From: a virus
Taxonomy: Duplodnaviria > Caudoviricetes
IMG/VR virus record: IMGVR_UViG_3300043473_000069
Location: 36,669-100,668 of that record
DNA length: 64,000 nucleotides
Direction: 5' to 3' (one strand)
The position numbers and the translations under genes are program-made. Positions within the stretch are counted from its first letter, which is position 1. Each line of letters opens with the position of its first letter. The notes under the pieces were generated by a model. The model had not been told where the DNA came from. It saw only the letters and a program-made list of their open reading frames with translations, and made no database searches. This document shows, piece after piece, positions 1-8,363 of the stretch.

Positions 1-513
1 GGCATCTACACGGAGGTCACGGCGATGGGCGCCGTGGTCCGTGCGCTGTGGTCGCTGGCTCTGGAGTTGTCACTCGACATCGACGTCTCCACGCCCGAGG
101 GCATGTACATCCCGGCACGCCAGCGCTACCAGCAGGTGATGCAGATGATGCAGTACTGGGAGAACGAGTACGCCACTCGTGCCCAGGCGCTCAACATCGG
201 CCTCGGCCAACTGGAGCAGTTCCAACTGCGTCGGGTGGCGTATCTCACGAACCGCTACGTGCCGGTGTACAAGGCCCGTGAGGTCGATGACCCACGCTGG
301 CCGCAGCGGCTCTACCCGCCCATCCCTGACGGCACGATGAACACCCCCACCCAGGCTGACTGGGACATCGTGGAGGTGGTGGCCGAGTCGGAGCCCGGTG
401 ACCTCGCCAACCGTGCCGTGACCGGTCCCACCGGCCGCTGGTACGGCGGTCAGGACATCGGCTGGACGTCCATCGGGACCCGTGGTGATACGGAGTACCT
501 GGAGGGCCGCTGA
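1..513 (+). CDS. Virion neck/head-tail adaptor-like protein (probably 5' truncated)
   Basis: Reading frame is open to the window edge. It lies upstream of the neck and tail genes and its stop overlaps the next start (TGATG). Confidence 0.45.
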   Translation, partial: GIYTEVTAMGAVVRALWSLALELSLDIDVSTPEGMYIPARQRYQQVMQMMQYWENEYATRAQALNIGLGQLEQFQLRRVAYLTNRYVPVYKAREVDDPRWPQRLYPPIPDGTMNTPTQADWDIVEVVAESEPGDLANRAVTGPTGRWYGGQDIGWTSIGTRGDTEYLEGR

Positions 514-1031
514 TGGGCAAGCGCAAGCAGGCCGATCCCAACCAGTTGCGGATGTTCATGTCCGCCCACGAGATCATGCAGAGCCACGCTCCCAACGAGC
601 CCGACCGGCTGTGGCACGGCACCCGCTTCGGTGTGCGGGAGGCGATGGGTGGGGCGTACGCACGGGAAGAGACGGCAGGCTTCGGCCGACAGACCCAGCG
701 CTCGTCACGGACTGACGGTGGTATCAACTTCGTGCACCCTGAGGGCGGCTACTCACGGGCGCCCAAGCGCACAAAGGCCCCGCCTGAGACAGACGAACAG
801 TTGTACTCCCGTAAGCGCACTGAGGCGGAGGAGACGGGGCTGGCTACATCGATCGCCCAGCACGGTGTGCAGGTGCCGATCGCTCTTGGTCAGACCGAGA
901 GCCCGAGTGGTCGGCCCAGCCTCGCTGGCGGTCACCATCGTGTTGCCGTGATGGCGCACCTCAGTCCCGACCAGTTGCTGCCCGTCACGCACGTCGCTGA
1001 CGTGCTTGAGGCCAAGAAGTTGAAGCTCTGA
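513..1031 (+). CDS. ParB/Srx-like N-terminal domain protein
   Basis: C-terminal SIAQHGVQVPI...LAGGHHRVAV matches the ParB-like G(H)HR motif. Confidence 0.6.
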   Translation: MGKRKQADPNQLRMFMSAHEIMQSHAPNEPDRLWHGTRFGVREAMGGAYAREETAGFGRQTQRSSRTDGGINFVHPEGGYSRAPKRTKAPPETDEQLYSRKRTEAEETGLATSIAQHGVQVPIALGQTESPSGRPSLAGGHHRVAVMAHLSPDQLLPVTHVADVLEAKKLKL

Positions 1032-1555
1032 TGGACACTCGACGTGAGGTCCGTGAGATATGGCGGCACTTCGGCCGCTACCAGGACGACATCGGTGAGG
1101 CATGCATCTACTTCAAGTTCGACGCCGACACCTCCAAGTACGACGACGTCTACGACGAGGGCTTCCGGCGTTACGAGACGGGCATCCGGATCCCCATCCT
1201 GTGGGTGGACCAGAGCGAGAGTGCCGAGGACTACAGCCCCGAGGGTCGTCGGCCCACCATGCGGGTCCGCTTCGCTGTGTCGGCTCTTGACCTGCACGAG
1301 GCGGGCATCTCCGTCACCGAGGCGCACGGCAATCGGCTCACCGATGGCAGCCCGTCGTTGGTGTGGAGGTATGACCGTGTGCACGACATCGTGTACTACG
1401 ACAACCGTTACTACGAAGTGAGCGCCTTCCAGATCCGAGGGCGGGCCAAGGGCGAGGACGTCATCATCGGGATCACGGGCATCGAGACGTTCCCGGCCGA
1501 CGACATGCTCTTCGACTTCCAGCCCGGCTCGATCTTCCCCGAGGTGACCCCATGA
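1031..1555 (+). CDS. Putative head-closure/head-tail connector protein
   Basis: Translationally coupled. Beta-rich C-terminus (DIVYYDNRYYEV) and position before the tail genes. Confidence 0.5.
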   Translation: MDTRREVREIWRHFGRYQDDIGEACIYFKFDADTSKYDDVYDEGFRRYETGIRIPILWVDQSESAEDYSPEGRRPTMRVRFAVSALDLHEAGISVTEAHGNRLTDGSPSLVWRYDRVHDIVYYDNRYYEVSAFQIRGRAKGEDVIIGITGIETFPADDMLFDFQPGSIFPEVTP

Positions 1556-2547
1556 GTGTTGACCAGTCCCTACCCACCACAGCGCCCTACGGCAAGGCGA
1601 CGTGGACCGACTACGAGGACAACTGGCGCAACAAGGACGCCAACTGGCTGCAGACCCGATCGATCCTGCGCTACGCCAACCCGGCCGCTCGTGACGCCGA
1701 CATCACGTCGCCGGAGGTCGGCCAGTTCGTCTTCTCCGCCGACGTGGACATCCTCACCTACCGCTCCGGTACTGGGGTATGGAAGTACTACAAGCCGCTT
1801 CCGCAGTTCACGACGACGACGCAGGACGACGCCGCTGGTGTGGCCCTCAGCCACCTCAACGCTGGCGGCAAGGGCGTCATCCTCGGTCCTGGCTCACCGG
1901 CTGGCACCGGCCTGGTGACGCTCAACGCTCCGCTCACCGTGATGGGCGGCGTGCTCACGGTCGGGGACACCACCGCTGGCGTCACGATCAAGACCGGCAC
2001 CAAGACGGTCAAGCTCACCACGAGCGCCACTGACCTCGTCAGTGACTCGCCGCTCACCGTGCCCAGCATCACGCTCGGTGGCACGGGCACTGTGATCTCC
2101 GCTGCGGGCAAGGTGGTGTCGGTCGGCACCATCAACGCCGACACGGGCACCATCACCAACGTCAACGTCTCGGGCATCGTGCAGGGCGGTACCTACAAGG
2201 GCGCCGTGGATGCCACCACGGTGAATGCCTCGACGGGTGGGACGATCGGCGGTGTCGCCATCAGTGGCAACACCGTGGTGGCGCCCGGTGGGTTCATCGG
2301 CCAGGGAGCGTTCCTGCGAGGTGACGCTGGAAGCGGCATCCTGAGCTACCGCAACCCCAGCGGTGGTGCGGTCGCAACGTCGGCCGTGACCGTGGACGCC
2401 ACGTACCTCCGCTTCCGTGCGCCCAACGGCATCCCTCTCGACAAGGGCGATGGTGCACACACCGGGGCATGGGTCGGCGGCGCTGTCGTCTCGGCCTCCG
2501 ATCCCGGCGCTGGCAACTTCCCCAACGGGACCATCTGGGTGTCGTAG
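1552..2547 (+). CDS. Virion fibre/structural protein
   Basis: Gly/Thr/Val-rich beta repeats. C-terminal VSASDPGAGNFPNGTIWV motif is typical of fibre proteins. Confidence 0.5.
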   Translation: MSVDQSLPTTAPYGKATWTDYEDNWRNKDANWLQTRSILRYANPAARDADITSPEVGQFVFSADVDILTYRSGTGVWKYYKPLPQFTTTTQDDAAGVALSHLNAGGKGVILGPGSPAGTGLVTLNAPLTVMGGVLTVGDTTAGVTIKTGTKTVKLTTSATDLVSDSPLTVPSITLGGTGTVISAAGKVVSVGTINADTGTITNVNVSGIVQGGTYKGAVDATTVNASTGGTIGGVAISGNTVVAPGGFIGQGAFLRGDAGSGILSYRNPSGGAVATSAVTVDATYLRFRAPNGIPLDKGDGAHTGAWVGGAVVSASDPGAGNFPNGTIWVS

Positions 2548-3447
2548 ATGGGCGTCTACGTCAAGCAGGGCGGGCTCGGCGGTGGCTCCTGGAAGGGGCC
2601 GATCGCTGCTGGCCTGCTCCGTGTGAAGTGGGGCAGTGACTGGTACACGCCAGCGGCGCTCTACGCCCGGCCGACGCCCGGCATCGGCAGCAACAGCAGT
2701 GGTTGGTACGACAGCGGATACCGGGGTTACCCGGCCACGCCATCGGCGCCGTGGGTGCACGCCTGGGACTACAACAACGTCGCCATCGGCTGGAACGCTG
2801 GCGGTGGTGGTGCTCCGGTAGCGGCGTATCAACTCGTCCAGACCGACTCCAACGGCAACTGGATGAACGCCCCCGAGGTCGGCGGCTCACCGTGGGGCAA
2901 CTTCTCGGTGGGGCCGGGTGGCTACTACCAGTTCTTCGTGCGGGCCAAGACGGCCGCTGGCCTCTACAGCCCTTTCGCTGGTCCGCTGCGGATCTACATC
3001 GGCCAGCCCAGTCAGTACTACGAGACGACCGAGACGGGCACCCGAGGGTGGTCGGAGTGGCACGACGTGGCCGGGTGGGGAATCAAGGACAACCTCGTCG
3101 GGCCTCGGCCACCGGGCGACGTCATCGTCTCCCAGATCCACTGGGATCTCGGCTGTCCCTACGGCATCTTGAGCCCGTTCAACAACCGCTCGATCGACAT
3201 CGTCGGCAACGAGGGTCAGTACGTGTGGCCCTCAGTGAGTTGGCAGGCCCAAGAGGTCCACGGTGATGACTACTTCTGGCACCAGAGCAACGGTGGACGG
3301 TGGGGGTTCATCTGCAGAGGTGCTGGCTGGACTGTGAGCTACGGCGGTGCGTCACGGGTGTGGGGCAGCTTCACCGTCTACGGCAGCCAGACGTATCAGT
3401 ACCAGCAGGGCCACTGGACTGCCGCCACCGGCAACGGCTACTGGTAG
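2548..3447 (+). CDS. Structural protein with FnIII-like domain
   Basis: Trp/Gly-rich; PATPSAP...YQFFVRAKTAAGLYSPF pattern resembles FnIII. Confidence 0.5.
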   Translation: MGVYVKQGGLGGGSWKGPIAAGLLRVKWGSDWYTPAALYARPTPGIGSNSSGWYDSGYRGYPATPSAPWVHAWDYNNVAIGWNAGGGGAPVAAYQLVQTDSNGNWMNAPEVGGSPWGNFSVGPGGYYQFFVRAKTAAGLYSPFAGPLRIYIGQPSQYYETTETGTRGWSEWHDVAGWGIKDNLVGPRPPGDVIVSQIHWDLGCPYGILSPFNNRSIDIVGNEGQYVWPSVSWQAQEVHGDDYFWHQSNGGRWGFICRGAGWTVSYGGASRVWGSFTVYGSQTYQYQQGHWTAATGNGYW

Positions 3448-3465
3448 CCGTGTCATAGTTACGGA

Positions 3466-3732
3466 GTGATTGACCGCATCGGACAGACCGCCATCCGCTC
3501 GCTCGGCGTGGACGTCGCCAACCTGTCGTCCCGCCTGGCGTTGACCCAGGCGATCATGGAGGAACTGTGCGAGATCGCTGCCTCCCTCAACATGCCCGAG
3601 TGGGATCACAAGCCGATCCCCAACGATGACGGCAGCCAGTCGAACGCCTACATGACGATCATCCCCGGCACGGAGATGGAGAAGGTGCAGGCGATCCTGA
3701 CGATCCTCTGGCGGGCAACGCAGGAGGGCTAG
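3466..3732 (+). CDS. Hypothetical protein
   Basis: Fills the gap between genes with phage-typical codon usage. Confidence 0.55.
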   Translation: MIDRIGQTAIRSLGVDVANLSSRLALTQAIMEELCEIAASLNMPEWDHKPIPNDDGSQSNAYMTIIPGTEMEKVQAILTILWRATQEG

Positions 3733-3790
3733 TGTGGCGGCGTCCGGCGTCGAGCGATGTCGGACCCCAACTGCCAGGAACGGAGCCCGA

Positions 3791-4198
3791 GTGGCCTCGA
3801 TTGAGATCGCCTCTGGATGGATTGATGCCGTCCAGCGATACGTCGATGGACTCATGGTTGATTCGATCCTGGCGGCGGAGAACGCCACGCAGTTCTTCCA
3901 CGAGCAGGTCGTCGCTCGTGCTCGTGAGGATGAGCAGTGGGCGTCACTTGCTGACAACATCGAGGTCTGGTCGCAGGACGGCCGACTGGTGATCGGCGTG
4001 CAGAACCCACTGTTCGCCTCCCAGGCGATGCTCCTGGAGTACGGCGACCTGGAGGCTCCGCCCAACCCGCTGTTCCGCACGCTGACGAGCGCCACCCGTG
4101 ACGCTGCTCAGCACATGCAGGACGAGATCGACTCCAAGTACGGCCCACGCATGGACGTGGGCGGTCCGAAGATCGAGGGGGTGCTCCGTGCCGGTTAG
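3791..4198 (+). CDS. Neck protein (HK97 gp10-like)
   Basis: GTG start after a GGAG RBS; SLADNI...LLEYG...PPNPLFR motif. Confidence 0.55.
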   Translation: MASIEIASGWIDAVQRYVDGLMVDSILAAENATQFFHEQVVARAREDEQWASLADNIEVWSQDGRLVIGVQNPLFASQAMLLEYGDLEAPPNPLFRTLTSATRDAAQHMQDEIDSKYGPRMDVGGPKIEGVLRAG

Positions 4199-4991
4199 GC
4201 CGCTCCGTGACAAGCCCAGCGTCTACGAGCACACCGGCTTCATCCTGGCCGAGGACGAGATGTTGAAGGCTCACCTCACCGGCATCACGGTGCCGGGACG
4301 AGAGCCCACCGATCCTGAGGTGGAGGTGGGCTGTTGGTTCCGCTGGCCCGAGGGCGAGCGCCAGATCAAGTACCCCTTCATCGCCATCGACCTGCTCTCC
4401 GCCGACCCGGCCTTCGACCTGTTCCACAGCGATCACCTGGAGCCCACCGAAGGGCTGTATCGGCCGGACAAGAGCCCCTACCTGCCACCGCCCCCCGGTG
4501 GCTGGGGTGTGGCGAACTACGCCGTCCGCAACTACCTCCCGTTCCGCCTGCAGTACCAGGTGGCCGTGCACACCCGCAACGCATTGCACGACCGCTACCT
4601 GCAGTCGATCTTCAAGACCGACGTCTTCCCGGTCCGGCCGTTCTGGCTCTGGATGGACGTCGATCAGACGTGGCGACGCACCGAACTGGTGGAATCCATC
4701 GCCTCAGATCTCTCGGAGACGACCGAGTCGGGCACCAAGCGGATCTTCCGCAAGGTGTACACCGTCTCGGTCCTGGCCGAGGTCCCGCAAGACCGCATCG
4801 TGGACTCCTGGGTCTACAAGGTGCTGCGGGTGTTGATCCCGGTCGTTGACCGGGACTGGTTCGACTCGTACTACGAGGAAGTCCTCAAGGGCGAGCCGGA
4901 CCCACTGGGTATCTCACAGGCCACTCGGGATGCGGAAGGCGAGTACTTCCACATCTGGCACGAGGGTCATGAGATGCCCGCCCCATCGTGA
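4188..4991 (+). CDS. Tail terminator/completion protein
   Basis: GTG at 4188 after GAGGGG; YPFIAIDL motif; directly upstream of the sheath gene. Confidence 0.55.
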   Translation: MPVRPLRDKPSVYEHTGFILAEDEMLKAHLTGITVPGREPTDPEVEVGCWFRWPEGERQIKYPFIAIDLLSADPAFDLFHSDHLEPTEGLYRPDKSPYLPPPPGGWGVANYAVRNYLPFRLQYQVAVHTRNALHDRYLQSIFKTDVFPVRPFWLWMDVDQTWRRTELVESIASDLSETTESGTKRIFRKVYTVSVLAEVPQDRIVDSWVYKVLRVLIPVVDRDWFDSYYEEVLKGEPDPLGISQATRDAEGEYFHIWHEGHEMPAPS

Positions 4992-5062
4992 CACTGCCGC
5001 CTGGCTCGTAGAACTCATCGTCGCAACTCTCTGGAACCCACGTCTATGAGCCAAGGAGCGAC

Positions 5063-6712
5063 ATGCCCATCACCTATCGACGGCCAGGCGTGTACCTGGA
5101 AGAGAGCCTGCTGGTCAACAGCGCTGACACGGCGTCCACCTTCACGGTGGCGGCGTTCATCGGAGTTGCTGGCAAGGGTCCCCTCAACACGCCGGTCCGT
5201 GTGGACTCCTGGAGCGACTACGTCAACATCTTCGGCGGCTTCGCTCCGATCCAGCCCCCAGGCACCTCCCCGGTGCCACCGAAGGTCCTCTCATACCTGC
5301 CTTTCAGCGTCTACTCGTTCTTCCAGAGCGGCGGACGCACAGCCTGGATCATCCGTGCCGCACCCACGGCGACGATCGATCAGGGCACGGCAGCCAAGAT
5401 CGCCGTCAACGGTGGGGATGCCTCTGAGACGCCCTTGATGGCGTTCCAGTTGAACGCCCTGTCGGCAGGTGTGTGGGGCAACAAGATCAAGTACAACCTC
5501 AGCACGCAGTCCACGGTGGGCACGGCGCCCAACGCCGACAACGTCTTCGCCCTGCAGATCCTCGTGGTCAACGCTGATGGCCGGGACGAGGTCGTGGAGA
5601 CGTTCAGCGGCCTCTCGGTGAAGGGTGAGATCCCCGGCTCCCGGCCGGTCGCCGCCACGATCAACGACCCCTCGGCGGGGTCGCAGTACGTCACCGTCAC
5701 CGACGTCAGCCCCGGTCAGGGTCAGCCGGTGGTGACGACCAACGCTGTGGCGCTGGCCGGTGGCATCGACCCCAAGATCCCCGACGCTTCGGCACTCACG
5801 TCTGCGTGCTCGTACGTGTCGCAGATCGAGGGTCCGGTGATCGTCAACATCGTCGGGTACCACAGCGACGTCTCCAAGGTCGAGACGTCAGAGGCCGTGA
5901 CCACCTACGTCTCGGGCACGGTGCCCTCCACGACGTGGGTCGATCGCCAGGACATCTTCGTGGTCAACGACTCGGCGCCACCCCGGCTCCCGAACCAGTC
6001 GTCGGCGGCGTACCTGTCCTCGATCACGACGAGCCTCGGGGCCAACACGGGCGACAGCTACAGCGCCAGTTACGGGCCGTGGATCATCGTCCCCAACCCG
6101 TCCGCTGTCGGTGAGACGGTCGCCATCCCGCCGGGTGGAGCGATGATGGGCGTGACGGCCCGCATCGACGCCACGGTCGGCGTGTTCCGGGCTCCGGCCG
6201 GGATCATCGCTGGCATCAGCAACGCCGTGGGCGTGCAGACGAAGTTCAGCGACACGGAGCTTGGGACGCTCAACTCGCAGAACATCAACGTCGTCCGCTC
6301 GGTGGTGGGCGCTGGCATCTGCGTCATGGGTGGCCGCACCCGCAAGACGTTCGGTGCCGACCGCTACGTCAGCGCTCGGCGCACGCTGATCTACATCAAG
6401 GAGGTGGTGCGTCGCTCGACGCAGTTCGCCGTCTTCGAGAACAACGATCAGCGTCTGTGGGCGTCGCTGAGGATGAGCGCAGAGCGCATCCTCCGCCCGC
6501 TGTGGGAGGCCGGGGGGCTCAAGGGCTCCAACACCAACGAGGCCTACTACATCCGGTGTGACGACACCATCAACACGCCCTCCGTCATCGCCTCCGGTGA
6601 GGTGCGGATGGAACTGGGCGTGGCCCTCCAGTACCCGGCTGAGTTCGTGATCATCCGGCTCACCCAGTACGACCAGGGCACGTTCACGACCGAAGTCCAG
6701 CCAGCGGCATAA
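5063..6712 (+). CDS. Contractile tail sheath protein
   Basis: N-terminal YRRPGVYLEE; C-terminal GVFRAPAG, RYVSARR, FAVFENND and VALQYPAEFV motifs; AGGAG RBS. Confidence 0.95.
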   Translation: MPITYRRPGVYLEESLLVNSADTASTFTVAAFIGVAGKGPLNTPVRVDSWSDYVNIFGGFAPIQPPGTSPVPPKVLSYLPFSVYSFFQSGGRTAWIIRAAPTATIDQGTAAKIAVNGGDASETPLMAFQLNALSAGVWGNKIKYNLSTQSTVGTAPNADNVFALQILVVNADGRDEVVETFSGLSVKGEIPGSRPVAATINDPSAGSQYVTVTDVSPGQGQPVVTTNAVALAGGIDPKIPDASALTSACSYVSQIEGPVIVNIVGYHSDVSKVETSEAVTTYVSGTVPSTTWVDRQDIFVVNDSAPPRLPNQSSAAYLSSITTSLGANTGDSYSASYGPWIIVPNPSAVGETVAIPPGGAMMGVTARIDATVGVFRAPAGIIAGISNAVGVQTKFSDTELGTLNSQNINVVRSVVGAGICVMGGRTRKTFGADRYVSARRTLIYIKEVVRRSTQFAVFENNDQRLWASLRMSAERILRPLWEAGGLKGSNTNEAYYIRCDDTINTPSVIASGEVRMELGVALQYPAEFVIIRLTQYDQGTFTTEVQPAA

Positions 6713-6724
6713 GGAGGTACCGAT

Positions 6725-7342
6725 ATGCCAACACCATCATTGGCTGACCGCACTCGGCTCCGTGCCGACCCGGTCCGCAACTTCAAGTTCCAGGTCCAGT
6801 TGTTCCACTCGGACGCCCAACTCCAGAACCAGATCGCAGAGATGGGGTTCATGACGGTGGAAGGCCTCTCGATGACGACCGAGATGGTTGCCTACCGAGA
6901 GGGTGGGTGGAACACCAACCCGCACAAGCTGCCGGGCATGACGGACTTCTCGCCGCTCACGATGAGCGCCGGGGTGTTCTACCGCAAGCCCGGCATGTGG
7001 AACCTGGCGAAGCAGATGTTCGCCGTCCAGTGGGGCCAGGGCACCATCGGCATGGGCGAGGAGTTCCGCTTCGACATGGCCGTGCGGATCATGGACCACC
7101 CGGTCACCGACAACCCCGGCTCGGGCTCGCCCGGCGACGGGATCAACGGTGCCGTGGTCGCCTTTGCGTTCTACAACGCCTGGGTGGCCTCGGTGGGCTT
7201 CAACGGCCTCAACGCCATGGACAACAGCGTGCTGATCCACCAGATGACGGTGCACCACGAGGGCTTCGACGTCTTCTACGGCACCTCCGACGCCATCAAC
7301 CTCCGCCACGGCGGGGCGATTGCTGGGTCCCGGCTCGTCTAG
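6725..7342 (+). CDS. Tail tube protein (T4 gp19-like)
   Basis: DPVRNFKF, YREGG..HKLPG and YNAW motifs; follows the sheath gene; AGGAGG RBS. Confidence 0.9.
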   Translation: MPTPSLADRTRLRADPVRNFKFQVQLFHSDAQLQNQIAEMGFMTVEGLSMTTEMVAYREGGWNTNPHKLPGMTDFSPLTMSAGVFYRKPGMWNLAKQMFAVQWGQGTIGMGEEFRFDMAVRIMDHPVTDNPGSGSPGDGINGAVVAFAFYNAWVASVGFNGLNAMDNSVLIHQMTVHHEGFDVFYGTSDAINLRHGGAIAGSRLV

Positions 7343-7378
7343 TCCCCATACCCTCGTATCACACAGGAGCATGACATC

Positions 7379-8215
7379 GTGACAGACGTCCGAGATGACC
7401 TCTCGACGGCAGAAGAACTCTTCCGGGACAAGGAGACGAGTCTGCAGCAGGCTCGTGAGAAGATCGCAGGTCCGGTGCCGCTCATGGAAGCGGCGCCGGA
7501 CTGCCATCTCACCCTCCCTCGTGGCCTCTTCGTACGAGGGGTGTTCAAGACCGACGTGGTGGTCCGGGAACTCAACGGCCTGGACGAGGAGGCCCTGGCG
7601 AAGCACCGGGATCCCTCCGACTACTACGACATGGTGGTGGCCCTCGGCACGGAGCAGGTCGATGACTTCGACCTGACCACCCTGCCGTTGGCCGACCGTC
7701 AGGGCTGGCTCCGCAACCTGCTCATCGGGGAGCGGGACCAGATCTACATCGCCATCATCAAGGCGACGTTCGGAGACTCCAAGACTCTCTCCTTCACCTG
7801 CATGCACTGCAGTCAGGAGCAGGAGATGGAACTGGTCCTCTCCGAGGACTTCAAGCCCAAGATCGTGGCCGACGTGGACAACGACGTCTTCGTGTTCACC
7901 ACGTCCAAGGGCGACGAGTTGCAGTACCGGCTCGTCACCGGGGAGGACCAGCGGGAGGCATACGCCCGTAAGGGCGCCACCACGGCTGAGCAGAACACGA
8001 TCCTGCTGAGCCGCTGCATCACCAAGGTCAACGGTGGGCTCATCCCCGACCCGCTCAACTACGTCCGCCACCTATCGATCCGTGATCGGCAGGCGGTGCT
8101 CACCGAGTTGGTCGATCACCAGCCCTCGATCAACCTGCGACTGACCACCACCTGTGTCGCCTGCGGTCTGGAGGTTCCGCTGGCCCTCGGATGGGGCGAC
8201 CTGTTTCGCACCTGA
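7379..8215 (+). CDS. Tail assembly chaperone / gp26-like baseplate hub assembly protein
   Basis: VRELNGLDEE motif and two CxxC pairs; lies between tube and tape measure genes. Confidence 0.75.
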   Translation: MTDVRDDLSTAEELFRDKETSLQQAREKIAGPVPLMEAAPDCHLTLPRGLFVRGVFKTDVVVRELNGLDEEALAKHRDPSDYYDMVVALGTEQVDDFDLTTLPLADRQGWLRNLLIGERDQIYIAIIKATFGDSKTLSFTCMHCSQEQEMELVLSEDFKPKIVADVDNDVFVFTTSKGDELQYRLVTGEDQREAYARKGATTAEQNTILLSRCITKVNGGLIPDPLNYVRHLSIRDRQAVLTELVDHQPSINLRLTTTCVACGLEVPLALGWGDLFRT

Positions 8216-8363
8216 CGAGCAGACCCTCTACCTCAACTACGACATCATTTCCGCCCACAACATCGGCTGGACCCTCAGTGAGATACGGCTGATGACATAC
8301 AGACAGCGGAACTACTGGCTCAAGATGATCACCTGGAAGCGGGACAAGAGAGCGAATGCCTGA
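8204..8363 (+). CDS. Second frame of the tail assembly chaperone, probably reached by a programmed frameshift
   Basis: Open in the +1 frame across the chaperone stop; GWTLSEIRLMTYRQRNYW motif; no clear start or RBS of its own. Confidence 0.55.
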
